Below, piece by piece: positions 12,061 through 24,000 of a stretch of 64,000 bases of DNA. Numbering within the stretch: the first letter of the stretch is position 1; every line of letters starts with the position of its first letter. This DNA is from an uncultured bacterium. GTDB lineage: Bacteria > Verrucomicrobiota > Verrucomicrobiia > Limisphaerales > UBA8199. Below the pieces are notes generated by a model. The model was not told where the DNA came from. It made no database searches and was given only the letters and a program-made list of their open reading frames with translations. The translations under genes were made by a program, and so were the position numbers. The DNA lies in NCBI GenBank assembly GCA_963749495.1, contig CAVVMW010000004.1, forward strand, positions 672,001-736,000, read 5' to 3'.

Positions 12061-15000
12061 TTACTGGGTTTTCTCCTTCGCTTCCGCCGCCGCGATCTCC
12101 TCCCAGGACGGCGCGCGCCAGAGTCGGGCTTCGTGGACGGTCCCCGAGATGAGGGTGTTTCCATCCGGTGGCAGAAAGGCGAGGCTGAGTATTTGATCGC
12201 CTAGATTGTGCTGGCTGGGCTCCACCCAGTCGTTAACGCCTTTGAGGGTCGCTACTTGCTGACCGGTCCTTGGGCTCCAGAGCTTGATGAGCCGGTCCGC
12301 GGTGCCTGCGGCTATCCGCTGGCCATCAGGGGAGACGGCGACGGAAAAGAACGCATTGAGCGTCCGGCCGAATGGCTGAACTTTTTGCGGGGTTTTTTGC
12401 TGCGTTTCGAGTTCCCATAGGGTTGCCGTGCAGTCGTCGCTGACGGTGACCAGCCTCTTGCCGTCGGGCATGAAAGCCGCCCCGGTGACCCGGCCATTGT
12501 GGGCTTTCCAATTGGCCACAGGGTCCTTTCTGCGAAGGTGCCAAACTTCAACAGTGCCGTCGTCGTTGCCGACTGCAACCGCCTCGTCGTTGGTCGCGAA
12601 AGTGGGATTGCCATACGGTGTCGCCGCTGATTTCGTTAAAGTCGTTGGCTCCCCAAACTTCTCGAGATTCCAGAGCTTGAGGCCCCTTCCGGCCGCAACA
12701 GCCGCCAGGAGCTTTCCGTCGGGTGAGAATTCCACGAAAGACCGGCCTGGCCACCCGGCCAAGCGGGTAATTTCACGTTCTCGCTCAACGTCCCACAAAT
12801 AGACGGCTCCTTGACGCGTGGCGAACGCCGCACGTTCACCTCTGGGCGAAAGTGCCCAATTGGCAACGTTAGTCCAGGAACCGAACCCAGGCGCCGGATG
12901 GTCCGGCAATTTGCGCAGCGTCAGCGGGTCCCAGAAGCTGAACGTGTTGTTCTGGTGCCGGCAGAACGGAATCGCACCGGAAGAAGACAGCCAAAAATCC
13001 CAGGCATCATCGGGGCGCCTGAGCACGTGGGTTTTTGCTGCGCGCGGTCGGCCGTCCCATGCGAGAATCTTACCGCCTTTGGTCCCACTGAACAAAATCT
13101 TCCCGTCGCTTGAGAAAGCGATTCCCCAAACCTCATCCTGACTGCCTTTGAGCGTGCTGACCTCCCGCCAGTTGCCGGTTTCCCAGAACTTGATCGAGCA
13201 ATCCGCGCTGGCCGAAGCCAGGGTCTTTCCGTCCGGCGAGAAGGCCAGGCCGGAGACCCAGAACGTGTGATTGGTCAGAACCGCTACGTGACGGTTCTCG
13301 GCGAGGTCCCAAATCCGGACGGTCGTATCCCAACTCCCCGATGCCAGTGTTTTGCCGTCCCGTGAAAGAGCGAGACACTGCACCGAGAGGGTGTGATTGG
13401 TGAACTCCGCGATTTGGAGTCCATTCGTAAGGGACCACACCCGAATCGTACGAATCCCTGCTCCCGGCGACCATGGTCCGTCCGTCCGTCGAGAAGACGA
13501 GCGAGGTGACATCCCCGGAATGCCCTTTGAGTGTCATCGCTTCCGTGTGAGTGGCGAGGTCCCACAGAACGACCGGGCCGCCCTCCGTGCCAATCGCCAG
13601 TTGCCGGCCGCTCGGGGAAAAGCCCAAGGCCGGGATACCGCGTGCGAATGGGGCGCTGGCCGGTCCAGGAAAGTTTGTGATCTCACGGTGTTCCTGAACA
13701 TCCCAGAGCTTGACCCCGTTTTTGCCGGTCCCAAAAGCAAGCATCTTGCCATCGGGCGAAAAGGCCACTGATTCGCGGGCGTCGTTTGCTTCGGGAGTCT
13801 CGAGCAGCCGGCGCGAATCCAGGTCCCAGATGTTTAGGTCCCCTTTCGGGTTGGCGATAGTGGCGAGAAGCTTGTCATCAGGGGAAATCGCAACACCCCA
13901 GACGCCGAGGGCGCCGTCTGAGTGCTGCCCCAAGGTGTAAAGCGCGTCACTCTGGCAAAGACCCCATAGGTAGCGCCATTCCCAGCCGCGCAAATCCACC
14001 TCCTGCGGACCGGGGCGGTGCTTGTTCAGTAGTTCCAGCGCCAAGCCCAGGTTGTTCTCCTGCTGAGCCTGGCAGGCCAGGTTCATGTCCGCCGCGTAGA
14101 GGTTTTGGCGGGCCTCCTCGGCGGCCTTGCGTGCAGCCAGTTCGCTCGCTTTGGCCTTTTGTGCTTCTTTCTCCGCCCGCTCCTTCTCGCTACCGGCCAC
14201 ACGCGCCGCCTCATTTGCCCGCAGGCGCTCCGCTTGAGCGATGCTTGTCTTCTCCCGTGCCGTCTTTTCCGCTCTGGTGGCGCGGACGGCCTGCCATGCG
14301 CTGACCACCACGCCCAGCACCAGCGCCAACCCAACCACCCCCGCCGCGCTGAATGCCAGCTTGTTCCTCCGAAAACTCTTCTGCAGCCGATAGCGCACGC
14401 TGGGTGGCCGCGCTATCACCGGCTCGTGCTTCAAGTGCCGCTCGATGTCCTGCGCCACGCCGTTGGCCGTCTCGTAGCGCCGCGTCCGGTCCTTCTCCAG
14501 GCACTTCATCACGATCCAATCAAGGTCACTGTCGAGTGCGGAGTGCGGAGTGCGGAGTGCGGAATCACCTGAACCTGGAGGCTGTGCGGCCCGCGTTTGG
14601 CTAAGCCGTGTGCTCGGCCGCATCGGCTCCCGTTCCCGGATGATCTTCCGCATCTCGTCCAGTCCCGACTGCAACAGCTCTTTCGTGTCGAAGGGCGTGC
14701 TCCCGGTCAGCAACTCGTAGAGCAACACACCCAGGCTGTAGATGTCGCTGCGCGTGTCGATGTCCAGCCCGCTCATCTCCGCCTGCTCCGGACTCATGTA
14801 GGCCGGCGTCCCGATGAACTGCTGGAACTGCGTATAGACCGTCTTCTCCGTCAGCTCCTGTTGCGTCGCCTTGGCAATCCCAAAGTCAATCACCTTGGGC
14901 ACGGGCACCCCATCGTGCAGCGTCACCAGGATGTTCGAGGGCTTGATGTCCCGATGGATGATCCCCTTCTGGTGCGCGTGCTGAATCGCGTGGCAGACCT

Positions 15001-15565
15001 TGATGAACAAATCCAGCCGCTCCCGTGTGGCCAGCTTCTCCTGGTCGCAGTATTTGGTAATCGGAATCCCTTTCACCAACTCCATCACAAAGTACGGCCG
15101 GCCCGTATCCGTCGCCCCCGCATCCAGCACCTTGGCGATGTTGGGGTGGTCCATGAGTGCCAGCGCCTGCCGTTCCGCCTCGAACCGGGCCACCACCTGC
15201 CGGGTGTCCATGCCCAGCTTGATGATCTTGAGGGCCACGCGCCGCTTGACCGGCTCCCTTTGTTCGGCCACATAGAGCACCCCAAACCCGCCTTCCCCGA
15301 TCTTTTCGAGGATCTTGTAGCGCCCGATCACGATGCCCGGACCTTCCTGGGGCGGGGCCAGCACCGTCGCGTCGCCGGGAGGCGCCCCCTGCGGTTCGAG
15401 GAACGGATCGGCACTCTCATTGGCTTGGAGGATCGCTTCGAGCCTGGCGCGTAGCGCCTGATTCCCCGCGCACGCCCCGTCGAGGAAGGCCTCGCGTTCG
15501 GGGCCCTTGGGCCGTTGCAGGGCCTCTCGGAAGAGGACCTCTTCTCTATTATCAACAGGTTTCAT
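12061..15565 (-). CDS. Ser/Thr protein kinase with WD40 repeats (kinase 1); probable indel near 13450
   Basis: IGEGGFG, VALKII, HRDIKPSN, DFGIAK, GTPAYMSPE, DIYSLG; TM helix; many GH...FSPDG...W WD40 units continuing in ORF 12061..13512. Confidence 0.92.
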
Positions 15566-15603
15566 CGGCGAAGCAGTTGCCCCCCGGCCGCGGCTCCAGC
15601 GGC

Positions 15604-16710
15604 TCAACGCACTTGGGCACGGTAAAACTGGGCGCCCTGGGTTGGGGAGGAATTGACAAAGTAATTCGACCCGCCATTGAGGATATAGATGCCGCCGACC
15701 GCCTGCCACTGGGAAAAATTACCCGAAGACTCGATGTTCACCGCCAGGCCGGGGAGACCGGTGATCCCAAAACCGAATTGGCCGGCGCTCAGGCTCGGCG
15801 GCTGTAAGATCGGCGCCGGCACGGAGCTGGCGGGAAGTCCTTTCCGGATGGTATAGTTGAAGGTATCCGCCAGATACAGTTTGCCCGAGCCGTCCACTGC
15901 CACACCGTCAGGATTATTAAACCGCGCCGCGCTTCCCGTCCCGTCGGCGCTGTCGGCACTGCCTGCCAGTCCGGCCAGGGTTGTCACCACCCAGTTTGTC
16001 CCAAGCGGCGTCACCTTCCGGACGGTGTGGTTGGCATTGTCCGTTACATAGAGGCTGCCCGCGCTGTCGATCGCCGTGCCCCACGGATTAGTAAGGCGCG
16101 CAGCGCTGTTGGTGCCATCCGCACTGCCAGGATGGCCCGCCAGTCCGGCCAAGGTCGTCACCACCCAATTCGTTCCGACCGGCGTCACCTTGCGGATGGT
16201 GCCGTTGTAATTGTCCGCCACATAGACGTTGCCATTGGTGTCCACGGCCAAGCCGCAAGGAGCATAAAACCGCGCCGCGCTGTTCGTCCCGTCCGTGCTG
16301 CCAGGATGCAAAGGATTGCCGCTCGCATCAGCTCCACCCAGTCCGGCCAACGTCGTCACCACCCAATTCGTTCCGAAGGGCGTTACTTTCCGGATCGTGT
16401 TGTCGCCCCAGTCCGCCACATAGAGGGTGCCCAGGCTGTCCAGCGCCATGCCGTCAGGTTGGTTAAACCGCGCAGTGCTCCCCGCCCCATCTGTGCTCCC
16501 AACGGTGCCTACCCGCCCGGCCAGGGTGATGAAGGTGTACGGTGTGGCGTAATTGGCCTGGCCAAGCGCGGCCAGAGGCAGGACCGCCAGCCACAGCAGG
16601 ACGCCGGACAGGTCTCCGGCCGACCGCCGGAAAAGACTATCGGGTTTCATCATGTACCCCGTGCCGAACCAGCGTCCGGCGTAGCGCCGAGGAGGAGTAT
16701 CATTTTTCAT
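15604..16710 (-). CDS. Secreted NHL-repeat protein with Verrucomicrobia-type C-terminal FYR domain
   Basis: Signal peptide; four units of ARFNxPxGxAxDxxGxLYVADxxNxTIRKVT; C-terminus GQFGFGITG...W...QFYRAQVR. Confidence 0.85.
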   Translation of the reverse strand: MKNDTPPRRYAGRWFGTGYMMKPDSLFRRSAGDLSGVLLWLAVLPLAALGQANYATPYTFITLAGRVGTVGSTDGAGSTARFNQPDGMALDSLGTLYVADWGDNTIRKVTPFGTNWVVTTLAGLGGADASGNPLHPGSTDGTNSAARFYAPCGLAVDTNGNVYVADNYNGTIRKVTPVGTNWVVTTLAGLAGHPGSADGTNSAARLTNPWGTAIDSAGSLYVTDNANHTVRKVTPLGTNWVVTTLAGLAGSADSADGTGSAARFNNPDGVAVDGSGKLYLADTFNYTIRKGLPASSVPAPILQPPSLSAGQFGFGITGLPGLAVNIESSGNFSQWQAVGGIYILNGGSNYFVNSSPTQGAQFYRAQVR

Positions 16711-16759
16711 AGTTTGTGTTTGGTTCGTTCTTTCTTTCGGTCGTTGACGGCATAATTGG

Positions 16760-19700
16760 TTAGTCCTTGCCTTCCGGATCCAGCGTGACTCGGATCCCCT
16801 TGAGCGGTTGGCCCGAGGGATCGGTGAATCGAATCGAACCTTTCCAATAAAGTTGAAAGTTCACCACCTTGAACACCAGCACGTTGGGTCCGGCCTTTAG
16901 CTCGAGGCCTCGCACCTCATCCTGGTCCGGCAGCCAGACCCGATTGCTTCGCCACTGGTAAATATCCTTCCTATTCAGATAGACCTTGGCCGCGTCATCA
17001 CTGCCGACTTTCATTACCAGACCTGCCTGGGCCGTGTCACTCTGGATGTAACAGACAGCGTAAGCCACGCTCCAATCCGTCTGTTCTCCCAACAGAGCGT
17101 TGAAATCGATCAAGTAATCCTCCAGTTGAATCGGCCTCCAAACCCGGTCGCCCCCACCCACCTTGACTCGTTCACCAGCCCGCGGGCGGAGATTGGCTTC
17201 CTGGGGAATCTGTTCCTGGCCCGGCGGCACATAGCCCATCGGATGCTCAAAGGCTATCGGCGCCAGCACCAGCCACTGCTTGATCGCCCCTGGGTCCCGA
17301 GCGCGCAGGTCCCGTTCGTGGGCGGCCGATCGAGCCTGTTCGCTCTGCCGCACGGCCAGTTGCTCGGTATCAGCCTTTTCCTCGCTCTGCCAGGCGGCAA
17401 CCTGCTGCGGTGTGGCCGCCTCCCATATTCTGGCTATGCCATCCTGGGACCCCGTGACAATCCGGCGTCCGTCCCGAGAGCAGGCGACAGACCAGATCCC
17501 AGCCGCCGACCCTTTCAGCGTGAGCAGTTCCCTGCCGCTGGCTGCCTCCCAAACCTTGGTGGCGCCATCCTGGCTCCCGGTCATAATCCGCTCACCGTCC
17601 GGGGAGAAGGCTACAGCCCAGATGCCGGCGCTGTGGCCCCCGAGGGTGAGCAGATTCGTGCCGCTGGCGGCGTCCCAGACCATGGCGGTCTGATCTTCGC
17701 TGCCGGTGACAATCCGGCGGCCGTCCGGAGAAAAAACCACAGCGTTGACCTGATTGCTGTGCCCGTTGAGGGTGAGCAATGCCTTGCCGCCAGCCGCCGG
17801 CCACACTTTGGCCGTTCGATCCAAACTCCCGGTGACAATGCGCTGGCCGTCCGGCGAAAAGGCCACAGACCGTATCCCCGCGGCGTGCCCTGTGAGGGTG
17901 AGCGGTTCCTTGTGCGTGGCTGGCTCCCAGACCTTGGCCGTCCGGTCCGCACTGCCGGTCACAATCCGCTGGCCATCCGGGGAAAAGGCCACAGACCAGA
18001 TCTCAGCGCTGTGCCCTCTGAGTGCGAGCAGTTCCTGGCCGCCGACCGCCTCCCAAACCTTGGCCAACTGGTCGGCACTGCCGGTGGCAATCCGTTGGCC
18101 GTCCGGCGAGAAGGCCGCTGAAAAGACTCGATCGCTGTGGCCTGTGAGTGTGAGAAGTCCCTGGCCGCCGGCCGCCTCCCAAACCTTGACCAACTGGTCT
18201 GCGCTGGCAGTCACAATCTGCCGGCCATTCGGCGAAAAGGCCACCGACCTGATTCCCTGACTGTGCCCTTTGAGCGTGAGCGGTTCTCTGTGGCCGGCTG
18301 CATCCCACACTTTGGCCGTCTGATCCCAACCGCCCGTGACAATCCGCCGGCCATCCGGCGAAAGGGCCACAGAAAGGAGCGAACCGCTGTGCCCCTTGAG
18401 CGTGAGCAACTCGCTCCCGTTGGCCGCATCCCACACCTTGACCGTCCGGTCCGAACCTGCGGTGACAATCCGCCGTCCGTCCAGGGAAAACCACGCAGCA
18501 TCGTGATCGCTATGCCCTTCGAGGGTGAGCAGTTCCCTGCCGCTGGCCGCCTCCCACACCTTGAGATGATTCCCATCGGCGGTCACAATCCGTTGGCCAT
18601 CCGCGCAAACGCCCACAAGGTGAATCCCGGCACTGAGCGCTTTCGAGGTGAACAGTTCCCGGCCGCTGGCCGCGTCCCACACCTTGACCGTCTCATCAAT
18701 ACTGCCGGCGACAATCCGCTGACCGTCCGGGGAAAAGGCCACAGACCAGATCCAAGCGGTGTGCCCTGTGAGGGGGAAAAGTTCCTTGCGGTTGGACGCA
18801 TCCCACACCTTGGCCGTCCCATCAGTACTGCCGGTGACAATCCGCTGACTGTCCGGGGAAAAGGCCACTTGGTTAACCCATGGGTCGAATCCCCTGAGCG
18901 CGAGCGATTGCTCGCCGCTGGCTGCGTCCCACACTCTGACTGTCCCATCGTTGCTGCTCGTGACAATCCGCCGGCCATCCGGAGAAAAGGCCACACACCG
19001 CACCTCAGCGCCGTGCCCTTTGAGGGTGAGCACCTCGGTGCCGCTGGCTGTCTCCCACACCTTGGCCGTGCCATCAAAACTGCCGGTGACAACCCGCTGA
19101 CCATCCGGGGAAAAGGCCCCACACACCACCAGATCGACATGCCCACGGAGGGTCTTGAGTTCCTGGTGGGTCTGCCGCTGCCAGTAATACCACTCGAACC
19201 CGCGCTCCGGATATGTCGCGGTTTCCTCCAACAGCCGCCGGGCTTGCCGGAGATTGTTCTGTTCCCACGCCTGCTGCACCAAATTCATGTTGGCCGCGTA
19301 AAGGTTTTGGCGGGCCGCTAGTTCACTCGCTTTCGCCTTTTGCGCCTCTTTCTCAGCCCGCTCCCTCTCGCTGTCCGCCACCCGCGCAGATCTATCCGCC
19401 CGTCGTCCAGCCCGCGTAGCCCGAATCGCCTGCCAGGAACTGACCACCACCCCCAGCACCAATGCCAACGCGACCACCCCGGCCGCGCTGAATGCCAGCT
19501 TGTTCCTCCGAAAACTCTTTTGCAGCCGATAGCCCATGCTCGGGGGCCGGGCCAGCACCGGCTCGTGCTTCAAGTGCCGCTCGATGTCCTGCGCCACGCC
19601 GTTGGCCGTCTCGTAGCGCCGCGTCCGGTCCTTCTCCAGGCACTTCATCACGATCCAGTCCAGGTCACTGTCAAGTGCGGAGTGCGGAGTGCGGCCCGCT

Positions 19701-20836
19701 GCGACGGCGCGACAGCGCGGCGAGAGTGCGGAATCACCTGAACCTGGAGGCTGTGCGGCCCGCGTTTGGCTAAGCCGTGTGCTCGGCCGCATCGGCTCCC
19801 GTTCCCGGATGATCTTCCGCATCTCGTCCAGTCCCGACTGCAACAGCTCTTTCGTGTCGAAGGGCGTGCTCCCGGTCAGCAACTCGTAGAGCAACACACC
19901 CAGGCTGTAGATGTCGCTGCGCGTGTCGATGTCCAGCCCGCTCATCTCCGCCTGCTCCGGACTCATGTAGGCTGGCGTCCCGATGAACTGCTGGAACTGC
20001 GTATAGACCGTCTTCTCCGTCAGCTCCTGCTGCGTCGCCTTGGCAATCCCGAAGTCAATCACCTTGGGCACTGGCACTCCATCGTGCAGCGTCACCAGGA
20101 TGTTCGACGGCTTGATGTCCCGATGGATGATCCCCTTCTGATGCGCATGCTGAATCGCGTGGCAGACCTTGATGAACAAATCCAGCCGCTCCCGCGTGCC
20201 CAGCTTCTCCTGGTCGCAGTACTTGGTGATCGGAATCCCTTTCACCAGCTCCATCACAAAGAAAGGCCGGCCGGCGGGGAGGTACTGAGCACCCTCACCC
20301 CCAGCCCCTCTCCCATCGGATGGGAGAGGGTGGCCGGAGGCCGGGTGAGGGCTGTCTGTGGCCCCCGCGTCCAGCACCTTGGCGATGTTGGGATGATCCA
20401 TCAATGCCAGCGCCTGCCGCTCCGCCTCGAAGCGCGCCACCACCTGGCGGGTGTCCATGCCCAGCTTGATGATCTTGAGGGCCACGCGCCGCTTGACCGG
20501 CTCCCGTTGCTCCGCCACATACACGACCCCAAACCCGCCTTCCCCGATCTTTTCGAGGATCTTGTAGCGCCCGATCACGGTGCCCGGACCTTCCTCCGGC
20601 GGCAGAAGCACGGTCGCATCGCCCGGCGCCGCCGCCTGCGGTTCGAGGAACGGGTCGGGACTCTCATGGGCCTGAAGGAGGGCTTCGAGCCTGGCGCGCA
20701 GCGCCGGGTTTCCCGCGCAGGCCCCGTCGAGGAAGGCCTCGCGTTCTGAGCCCTTGGCCCGTTGCAGGGCCTCACGGAAGAGTACTTCTTCTCTATCATC
20801 AGCAGGTCTCATAGGCGAAGGATGTAATTCACTCAA
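16760..20836 (-). CDS. Ser/Thr protein kinase with ~14 WD40 repeats and a C-terminal beta domain (PA14-like by eye) (kinase 2)
   Basis: Intact 1358-aa ORF with all Hanks kinase motifs, a TM helix, WD40 units LxGH...VAFSPDGxRIVTGSxDxTAKVW and C-terminal GAIKQWLVL...GSDDAAKVYLN...NVLVFKVVN. Confidence 0.95.
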   Translation of the reverse strand: MSELHPSPMRPADDREEVLFREALQRAKGSEREAFLDGACAGNPALRARLEALLQAHESPDPFLEPQAAAPGDATVLLPPEEGPGTVIGRYKILEKIGEGGFGVVYVAEQREPVKRRVALKIIKLGMDTRQVVARFEAERQALALMDHPNIAKVLDAGATDSPHPASGHPLPSDGRGAGGEGAQYLPAGRPFFVMELVKGIPITKYCDQEKLGTRERLDLFIKVCHAIQHAHQKGIIHRDIKPSNILVTLHDGVPVPKVIDFGIAKATQQELTEKTVYTQFQQFIGTPAYMSPEQAEMSGLDIDTRSDIYSLGVLLYELLTGSTPFDTKELLQSGLDEMRKIIREREPMRPSTRLSQTRAAQPPGSGDSALSPRCRAVAAGRTPHSALDSDLDWIVMKCLEKDRTRRYETANGVAQDIERHLKHEPVLARPPSMGYRLQKSFRRNKLAFSAAGVVALALVLGVVVSSWQAIRATRAGRRADRSARVADSERERAEKEAQKAKASELAARQNLYAANMNLVQQAWEQNNLRQARRLLEETATYPERGFEWYYWQRQTHQELKTLRGHVDLVVCGAFSPDGQRVVTGSFDGTAKVWETASGTEVLTLKGHGAEVRCVAFSPDGRRIVTSSNDGTVRVWDAASGEQSLALRGFDPWVNQVAFSPDSQRIVTGSTDGTAKVWDASNRKELFPLTGHTAWIWSVAFSPDGQRIVAGSIDETVKVWDAASGRELFTSKALSAGIHLVGVCADGQRIVTADGNHLKVWEAASGRELLTLEGHSDHDAAWFSLDGRRIVTAGSDRTVKVWDAANGSELLTLKGHSGSLLSVALSPDGRRIVTGGWDQTAKVWDAAGHREPLTLKGHSQGIRSVAFSPNGRQIVTASADQLVKVWEAAGGQGLLTLTGHSDRVFSAAFSPDGQRIATGSADQLAKVWEAVGGQELLALRGHSAEIWSVAFSPDGQRIVTGSADRTAKVWEPATHKEPLTLTGHAAGIRSVAFSPDGQRIVTGSLDRTAKVWPAAGGKALLTLNGHSNQVNAVVFSPDGRRIVTGSEDQTAMVWDAASGTNLLTLGGHSAGIWAVAFSPDGERIMTGSQDGATKVWEAASGRELLTLKGSAAGIWSVACSRDGRRIVTGSQDGIARIWEAATPQQVAAWQSEEKADTEQLAVRQSEQARSAAHERDLRARDPGAIKQWLVLAPIAFEHPMGYVPPGQEQIPQEANLRPRAGERVKVGGGDRVWRPIQLEDYLIDFNALLGEQTDWSVAYAVCYIQSDTAQAGLVMKVGSDDAAKVYLNRKDIYQWRSNRVWLPDQDEVRGLELKAGPNVLVFKVVNFQLYWKGSIRFTDPSGQPLKGIRVTLDPEGKD

Positions 20837-21003
20837 TCATACATGCGCCTTTTACTGTGCCGTGCATAAGTAGCCATGCACGACGCCATAATTTGCTGCC
20901 CCTCCGATGGACTCTGGTGAGGAACAGGAGGAAACGGAGGAAATGGAGAACGGGATGTCTCCGTTCTCTCTGTTTCCTCCTGTTCGAGTTCAGGCGCAAA
21001 CAT

Positions 21004-24000
21004 TTAGTCCTTGCCTTCCGGATCCAGCGTGACTCGGATCCCTTTGAGCGGCTGGCCCGCAGGGTCGGTGAGCCGCACCGAGCCCAGCCACGCGGCCAGT
21101 TCGTTCACCACCTTGAAAACCAAGACATTAGTCCCGGCCTTCAAGTCCACGCCTGCCGCCACATCCTGATCATCATAATAGACCCGCGGAAATGAGCACT
21201 CGTAAATGAGCCTGCCGTTGAGATAAACTTTGGATTGGTCGTTACTGCCGACCTTCAACACGACGTTGCTCTGCGCGGTTTCGCTCTGGACGTACGTGAC
21301 CGCGTAGGCCACGCTCCACGGCGTCACCGCGCCCGCAAGTCTGTTAAAATCGATCACGTAATCCTGCAGTTGCACCGTGCGCCACAACATCTCAGCCTGC
21401 CGGACCTTGCTCCGCTGGCCGGTTCGCGGACTGAGTTGGCTCTCTTGTGGAACTTGCTCCTCTTGCAGGGCTCGGGCGCCGCTCCTGCCCTCGAAGGCGA
21501 TGGGCAGCAGGACCAGCCATCGCTTGATTGCACCGGGGTCTTGCCGGCGCTGGGCACGGGTACGCGCCGCGGCCGCCGCCCGCTCGCGCTCTTGCGCGGC
21601 CTGATACTCGGCGGCCGCTTGCTTCTTCATGCTCCCAGCTCGCGATCTGTGCCACGGAAGCTGCCCGCCACACCTTGGCCGTCCCGTCAGAGCTGCCCGT
21701 GACTATTCCCTGGCCGTCCGGAGAAAACGCCACAGACGTGACAGGCGCGCTGTGCCCTTTGAGCGTGAGCAATTCCTTGCCGCCGCCCGCCTCCCAGACC
21801 TTGGCGGAGTGGTCGCCACTGCCGGTGACGATCCGCTGGCCGCCGGGCGAGAAGGCCACTGACAGGACTCGTTCTTTGTGCCCTTCAAGAGCCAGCAATG
21901 CCCTACCAGTGGCCGCGTCCGACACCCTGGCCTTGCGATCCCAACCGCCGGTAACGACCCGCTGGCCGTCCGGGGAAACGGCCACCGAGCTGAACTCACC
22001 GCCGGAGCCCTCGCGCGTGGTCAACTCTTTGCCGCTGGCCGCGTCCCACACCTTGAGCATCCCATCGGGACAGAACGTCAGTATCCGTTGCCCGTCCGGA
22101 AAGAAGGCCACCGACCAGATCGAAGCGCTATGCCCTCCGAGCGTGAACAGTAATTTGCCAGCAACTGACCACACTCTGGCCGCACCATCCCAGCCGGCGG
22201 CAACCATACGCTGGCCGTCCGGAGAAAACGCCACAGAGTCGAGCTGAGTGCCAAGCGCCTCGAGGGTGAGCAGGTCCTTGCCGCTGGCCGCGTCCCACAG
22301 CCTGACCGTTTGATCATGGCCGGCCGTGGCAATCCGCTGGCCGTCCGGGGAAAAGGCCACCGATGCGACAGTATCGGTGTGCCCTTTGAGGGCGAATAGC
22401 TCCTGCCCGGTGACGGCCTCCCAGATCGTGGCCGTTTGATCAACACTTCCGGTGGCAATCCGCCGGCCGTCCGGGGAGAAGGCAACCGAGGTGATCGCAT
22501 TGCTGTGCCCTATGAGGTTCAGGGGTTCCCTGGCACCGGTCGCCTCCCACACCTTGGCCGTCCGATCAACACTGCCGGTGACGATCCGGTGGCCGTCGGG
22601 GGAAAAGGCCACAGAAGTGACCGCATCGTTGTGGCCTTTGAGAGCGAGGAGTTCTCTGCCGCTGGCCACCTCCCAAACCCTGGCCGTTTGATCAAAGCTG
22701 CCGGTGACAATCCGCTGGCCGTCTGGGGAGAATGCGACGGAACCGACCTCCCAGATCTCGGCGCCGAGTCCGTTAAGGCTGGGCAACTCCTTGCCGCTGG
22801 CCGCCATCCACAGCCTGGTCGTGCCGTCAGCCCCGCAGGTGACTACCCGTTGGCCGTCCGGGGAAAAGGCGAGCACATTGATCTCGGCGCGATGCCCTCT
22901 GAGGCTGACCAGTTCCTGCCCATTCGCCGCGTCCCAGATCCTGGCCGTTTGATCGCCACTTCCGGTGGCGATCCGCCGGCCGTCCGGGGAAAAGGCCACA
23001 CACACGACCACGTTGCTATGCCCGTAGAGTGTGAGCAGTTGCCTGCCGGTGGCGGCCTCCCACACCCTGGCAGTCCTGTCGATGCTCGCTGTGGCGATGC
23101 GCTGGCTGTCCGGGGAAAAGGCGACAGACATGATCCAATCCGTGTGCCCCTTGAGCGTGAGAAGTTCGCTCCCGCTGGCCGCATCCCACACCTTGGCCGT
23201 CCGATCGAAACTGCCCGTGACGATCTTCCGGCCGTCCGGGGCAAAAGCTACCCACCAGACCGCGGCGCTGTGCCCTCTAAGGGTGTGAAGCTCCTTGCCG
23301 GTAGCGGCGTCCCACACCTTGACTGTTTGATCATGGCTGGCAGTTGCAACCCACCGGCCATTTGGGGAAAACGCCACTCGAACAACCGTTCCAAGGTGCC
23401 CGCGCAGCGTCTGCAACTCCAGGTGCATCTGCCGCTGCCAGTAGCACCACTCAAACCCACGCTCCGGATACCTCGCCGTGTCCTCCAACAACCGGCGCAC
23501 TTGCGCGACATTGTTTTGTTCCCACGCTTGCTGGATGAGATTCATGTTCGCCGCGTAAAGGTTCTGGCGTGCGGCCTGGGCGGACTCGGTCGCGCGTTGC
23601 CGCTCCGCTTCAGCAATATGAGTTTCCCGGCGCGCGGTCTTTTCGGCCTGGCGGGCAAGGCCGGCTTGGGCCTCGGCGCGCGTTTCCGCTCTCTTTGCGC
23701 GCACGGCCTGCCAGGTGCTGACGACGGTTCCCAGAACCAGCACTACCGCCACTGCCGTGACCGCGCCCACCATCACTTTGTGGCGTGCAACGAACTTCTG
23801 GACCCGGTAAGCCGTGGTAGGCGGTCGAGCCAGCGTCGGCTGCTGCGTCAAATGGCGCTCGATGTCCCGGGCCAGGTCATTGGCCGTCTCGTAACGCCGC
23901 GTCCGGTTCTTTTCGATGCACTTCATCACGATCCAGTCCAGGTCGCCCCGCAACGACCGGATCAGCTTAGGCGGTTCGGTGGCGCGCCGCTGGGCCGTGG

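Noticed and set aside
16760..21075. Near-identical 3' ends of kinases 2 and 3 as a DGR VR/TR pair
   Set aside because: No reverse transcriptase or non-coding template repeat in the window; both copies are coding, and the differences seen are not adenine-specific.
17400..23400. ~126-bp periodic DNA repeats
   Set aside because: Explained by WD40 coding repeats; likewise the NHL (15850-16500) and NCTL beta-helix (50330-51930) repeats.
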